In this document: one piece after another, positions 15,209 through 16,927 of the stretch
Layout of the letters: each line of letters begins with the position of its first letter
Numbering within the stretch: the first letter of the stretch is position 1
Origin: an uncultured bacterium
GTDB taxonomy: Bacteria; Babelota; Babeliae; Babelales; JABCYS01
DNA length: 16,927 nt
Assembly (NCBI GenBank): GCA_963705705.1
Contig: CAVPKK010000008.1
Coordinates: 1 to 16,927, forward strand
Reading direction: 5' to 3'
The notes under the pieces: model-generated
The model's database searches: none
What the model was told of the DNA's origin: nothing
The model's input: only the letters and a program-made list of their open reading frames with translations
Position numbers and translations under genes: made by a program

Positions 15209-16578
15209 ATGAAGATATATAAATACATATTATTAATTTTACTACTTAATCCCATTTTCTTGCATGCTTCATCTGTGCCTGCCACGAGCGCGACTTCTGC
15301 CAGCAGCAGTCAATCTGTTATTCGCAATCAGCCAAGCTGCCAAGGTAAATCAGATCCCGAGGAAAAGGATAACGACCATAAAGAACAGGAATTAGCGATC
15401 CAGCAACCTCAGATCACAACAATTGATCAACTAGCAGAAGAATTAATATTATTCGACCAATTTAGGGATTTCCGTGCCGGGGAAGTTTGTAGGGTAATGG
15501 ATGATTTAGATCTCGTATTGGCTGACCTGCCTTTATTGGAAGCTATAGATGAAGGCGACCGTAGTAAGATTATGGAGCTTATCAAAACCAAAAAAGGCGA
15601 TGTGAATGCACCAGATATGCGTGGACCATTTTTGCATGCGTTAAAGCGATTCAACTTTGATAGCAAAGAAGTTCCAGCTCTTCTGCAATGCTGTCTTGAT
15701 AAGATGAAACATAAGCATCCCAAGCCACTGACTGCCTCCGAGATCCAAGATATAAAGAAACCTTGGTCGGGATTAACACCGATTATGAAAGCAGCGGCAG
15801 CGGGCGACAAAGATCTTGTGGTCTTTTATTTGGCTGAAGGCGCAGATTTTATGAAATGGATCAGATTTGACCCCTTGGTGCAACATGAAAGACATCTATG
15901 CCACTATTAATGGTAGGTCATTAGTATGCGCCCTAGAAAAAGATATTAACAGGAAAAAACATTTCTTTGATGAAGATCAAGAAAGAGTTCATGAGCAGAT
16001 TATTTTGCGTGAAGCTTTTGATACAGCTTCCAAGCATGACAATGGGCGTGATAATTATCATAATGAAGATTGTAATTGCTACGGCACCCTTGAATTAATT
16101 AAATTGCCTGATGCGCTGCAATTGGCAGTCATTGGTGGACATATCGAAGTGGTCGAACTACTGCTCAACACAATAATGAGTAAAGCATTACCAGTTACTA
16201 AATTTTCTAGAGTAGCTAGGGCAATTGATAAACTATTGGCGTGGTCTGTTGTAGCTCAGGATGTGGATACTAAAACTGCGCGTACGTTATATAGAAATAG
16301 TGGTATATCCCGTAGAACCAAAAACCAGTAACTACCATACTATCATGCGCAGCTTAGTAGAAAAATTCATACCACAATCTAAGCAGCCATCAGGTACACC
16401 AAATGGCATAATGCTAATACCTAAGGCTCTACAATGCGGCACCGTGGATATGCTGCGAGCCATTTGTGAGGCCCTTGCAGAAGAAAAATTAGAAAATAAC
16501 TGGGAACAGCGAAAATATGATAATTGGTGCCACAACTTTATTTACTTAATAAATAATGTCCAAAAAACTTGGCATTAG
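15209..16578 (+). pseudogene. Frameshifted, truncated tandem paralog of 12913-15186 (real pseudogene or sequencing errors)
   Basis: Three consecutive track ORFs (15209-15910, 15867-16331, 16261-16578) align colinearly with the upstream paralog. Single extra bases at about 15881 and 16308. Homology ends at about 16568-16577. Confidence 0.8.
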
Positions 16579-16585
16579 CAAATAT

Positions 16586-16927
16586 TTCGCCGCCGGCTTC
16601 ATCATAGCTTGTCTCTTAACGGCCAGCCGCGCAAGCCGATGGTATCGGATTTTCGCCGCTGTTCCATGGTTCATCGGCTTAGCCACCATCATTGCCTCAT
16701 ACAAGGGACTGTGCATCATCCTTCACTACGATCACAAGAGGAATCTGAGACCTTGGGAGCTTGATAGGATGGACCCTCAGCCTTCGACATCACATGACCG
16801 GAGAGGCTCGGATGTGAGCCTGACAGGTGGACCGGTTACCAAGATCTTATCGAATACGGCCAATTCTGAAGATTTCAAGGATAGAGATGTTGACTATAAG
16901 AAAGGGGTTCGGAGACACACCCCTTCC
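16586..16927 (+). other. Foreign coding fragment resembling the transmembrane C-terminal part of fungal RGS-domain (Rax1-like) membrane proteins; open to the window end
   Basis: Not in the ORF track because it has no stop. Reads FAAGFIIACLLTASRASRWYRIFAAVPWFIGLATIIASYKGLCIILHYDHKRNLRPWELDR... Hand count gives about 54% GC over 16621-16860. The family assignment is from recall only. Confidence 0.6.

Noticed and set aside
294..16535. Short overlapping track ORFs (e.g. 294-581, 2093-2305, 4527-4817, 4770-4997, 8432-8626, 8821-9144, 10559-10792, 13140-13517, 15427-15810)
   Set aside because: Antisense or alternate-frame shadows of better-supported genes. Similarity between shadow pairs simply mirrors the paralogy on the coding strand.
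16902..16925. Inverted repeat AAGGGGT/ACCCCTT as terminator or element end
   Set aside because: Lies within the open foreign reading frame at the window edge with no visible U tract; cannot be evaluated.

Overview
Bacterial, AT-rich window with one housekeeping gene (ruvC, 7099-7602). It is surrounded by genes that almost all carry N-terminal signal peptides or lipoboxes: two tandem clan CD (caspase/legumain-fold) cysteine peptidase-like paralogs, two tandem small Cys-rich proteins, an alpha/beta hydrolase, a HAD hydrolase, and eukaryote-like ankyrin, WD40 (Skp1/F-box-like N-terminus) and LRR proteins. This repertoire suggests an intracellular parasite of protists, such as Dependentiae/TM6 (Babeliae); this is inference, not a database result. 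Four observations stand out. (1) A 50-bp, 49/50-identical direct repeat of the ruvC 3' catalytic segment brackets a one-gene ankyrin cassette, like attL/attR but with no integrase. (2) A second duplication also copied the 3' end of the upstream gene, giving precursors with a near-invariant leader and a variable Cys-rich core next to a clan CD peptidase. (3) One WD40 protein looks like a single-chain Skp1/F-box/WD40 mimic. (4) At about 16570-16586 the sequence switches abruptly into a GC-richer reading frame that looks fungal, probably a chimeric contig end. No rRNA, tRNA, CRISPR array, transposase or integrase was recognised.
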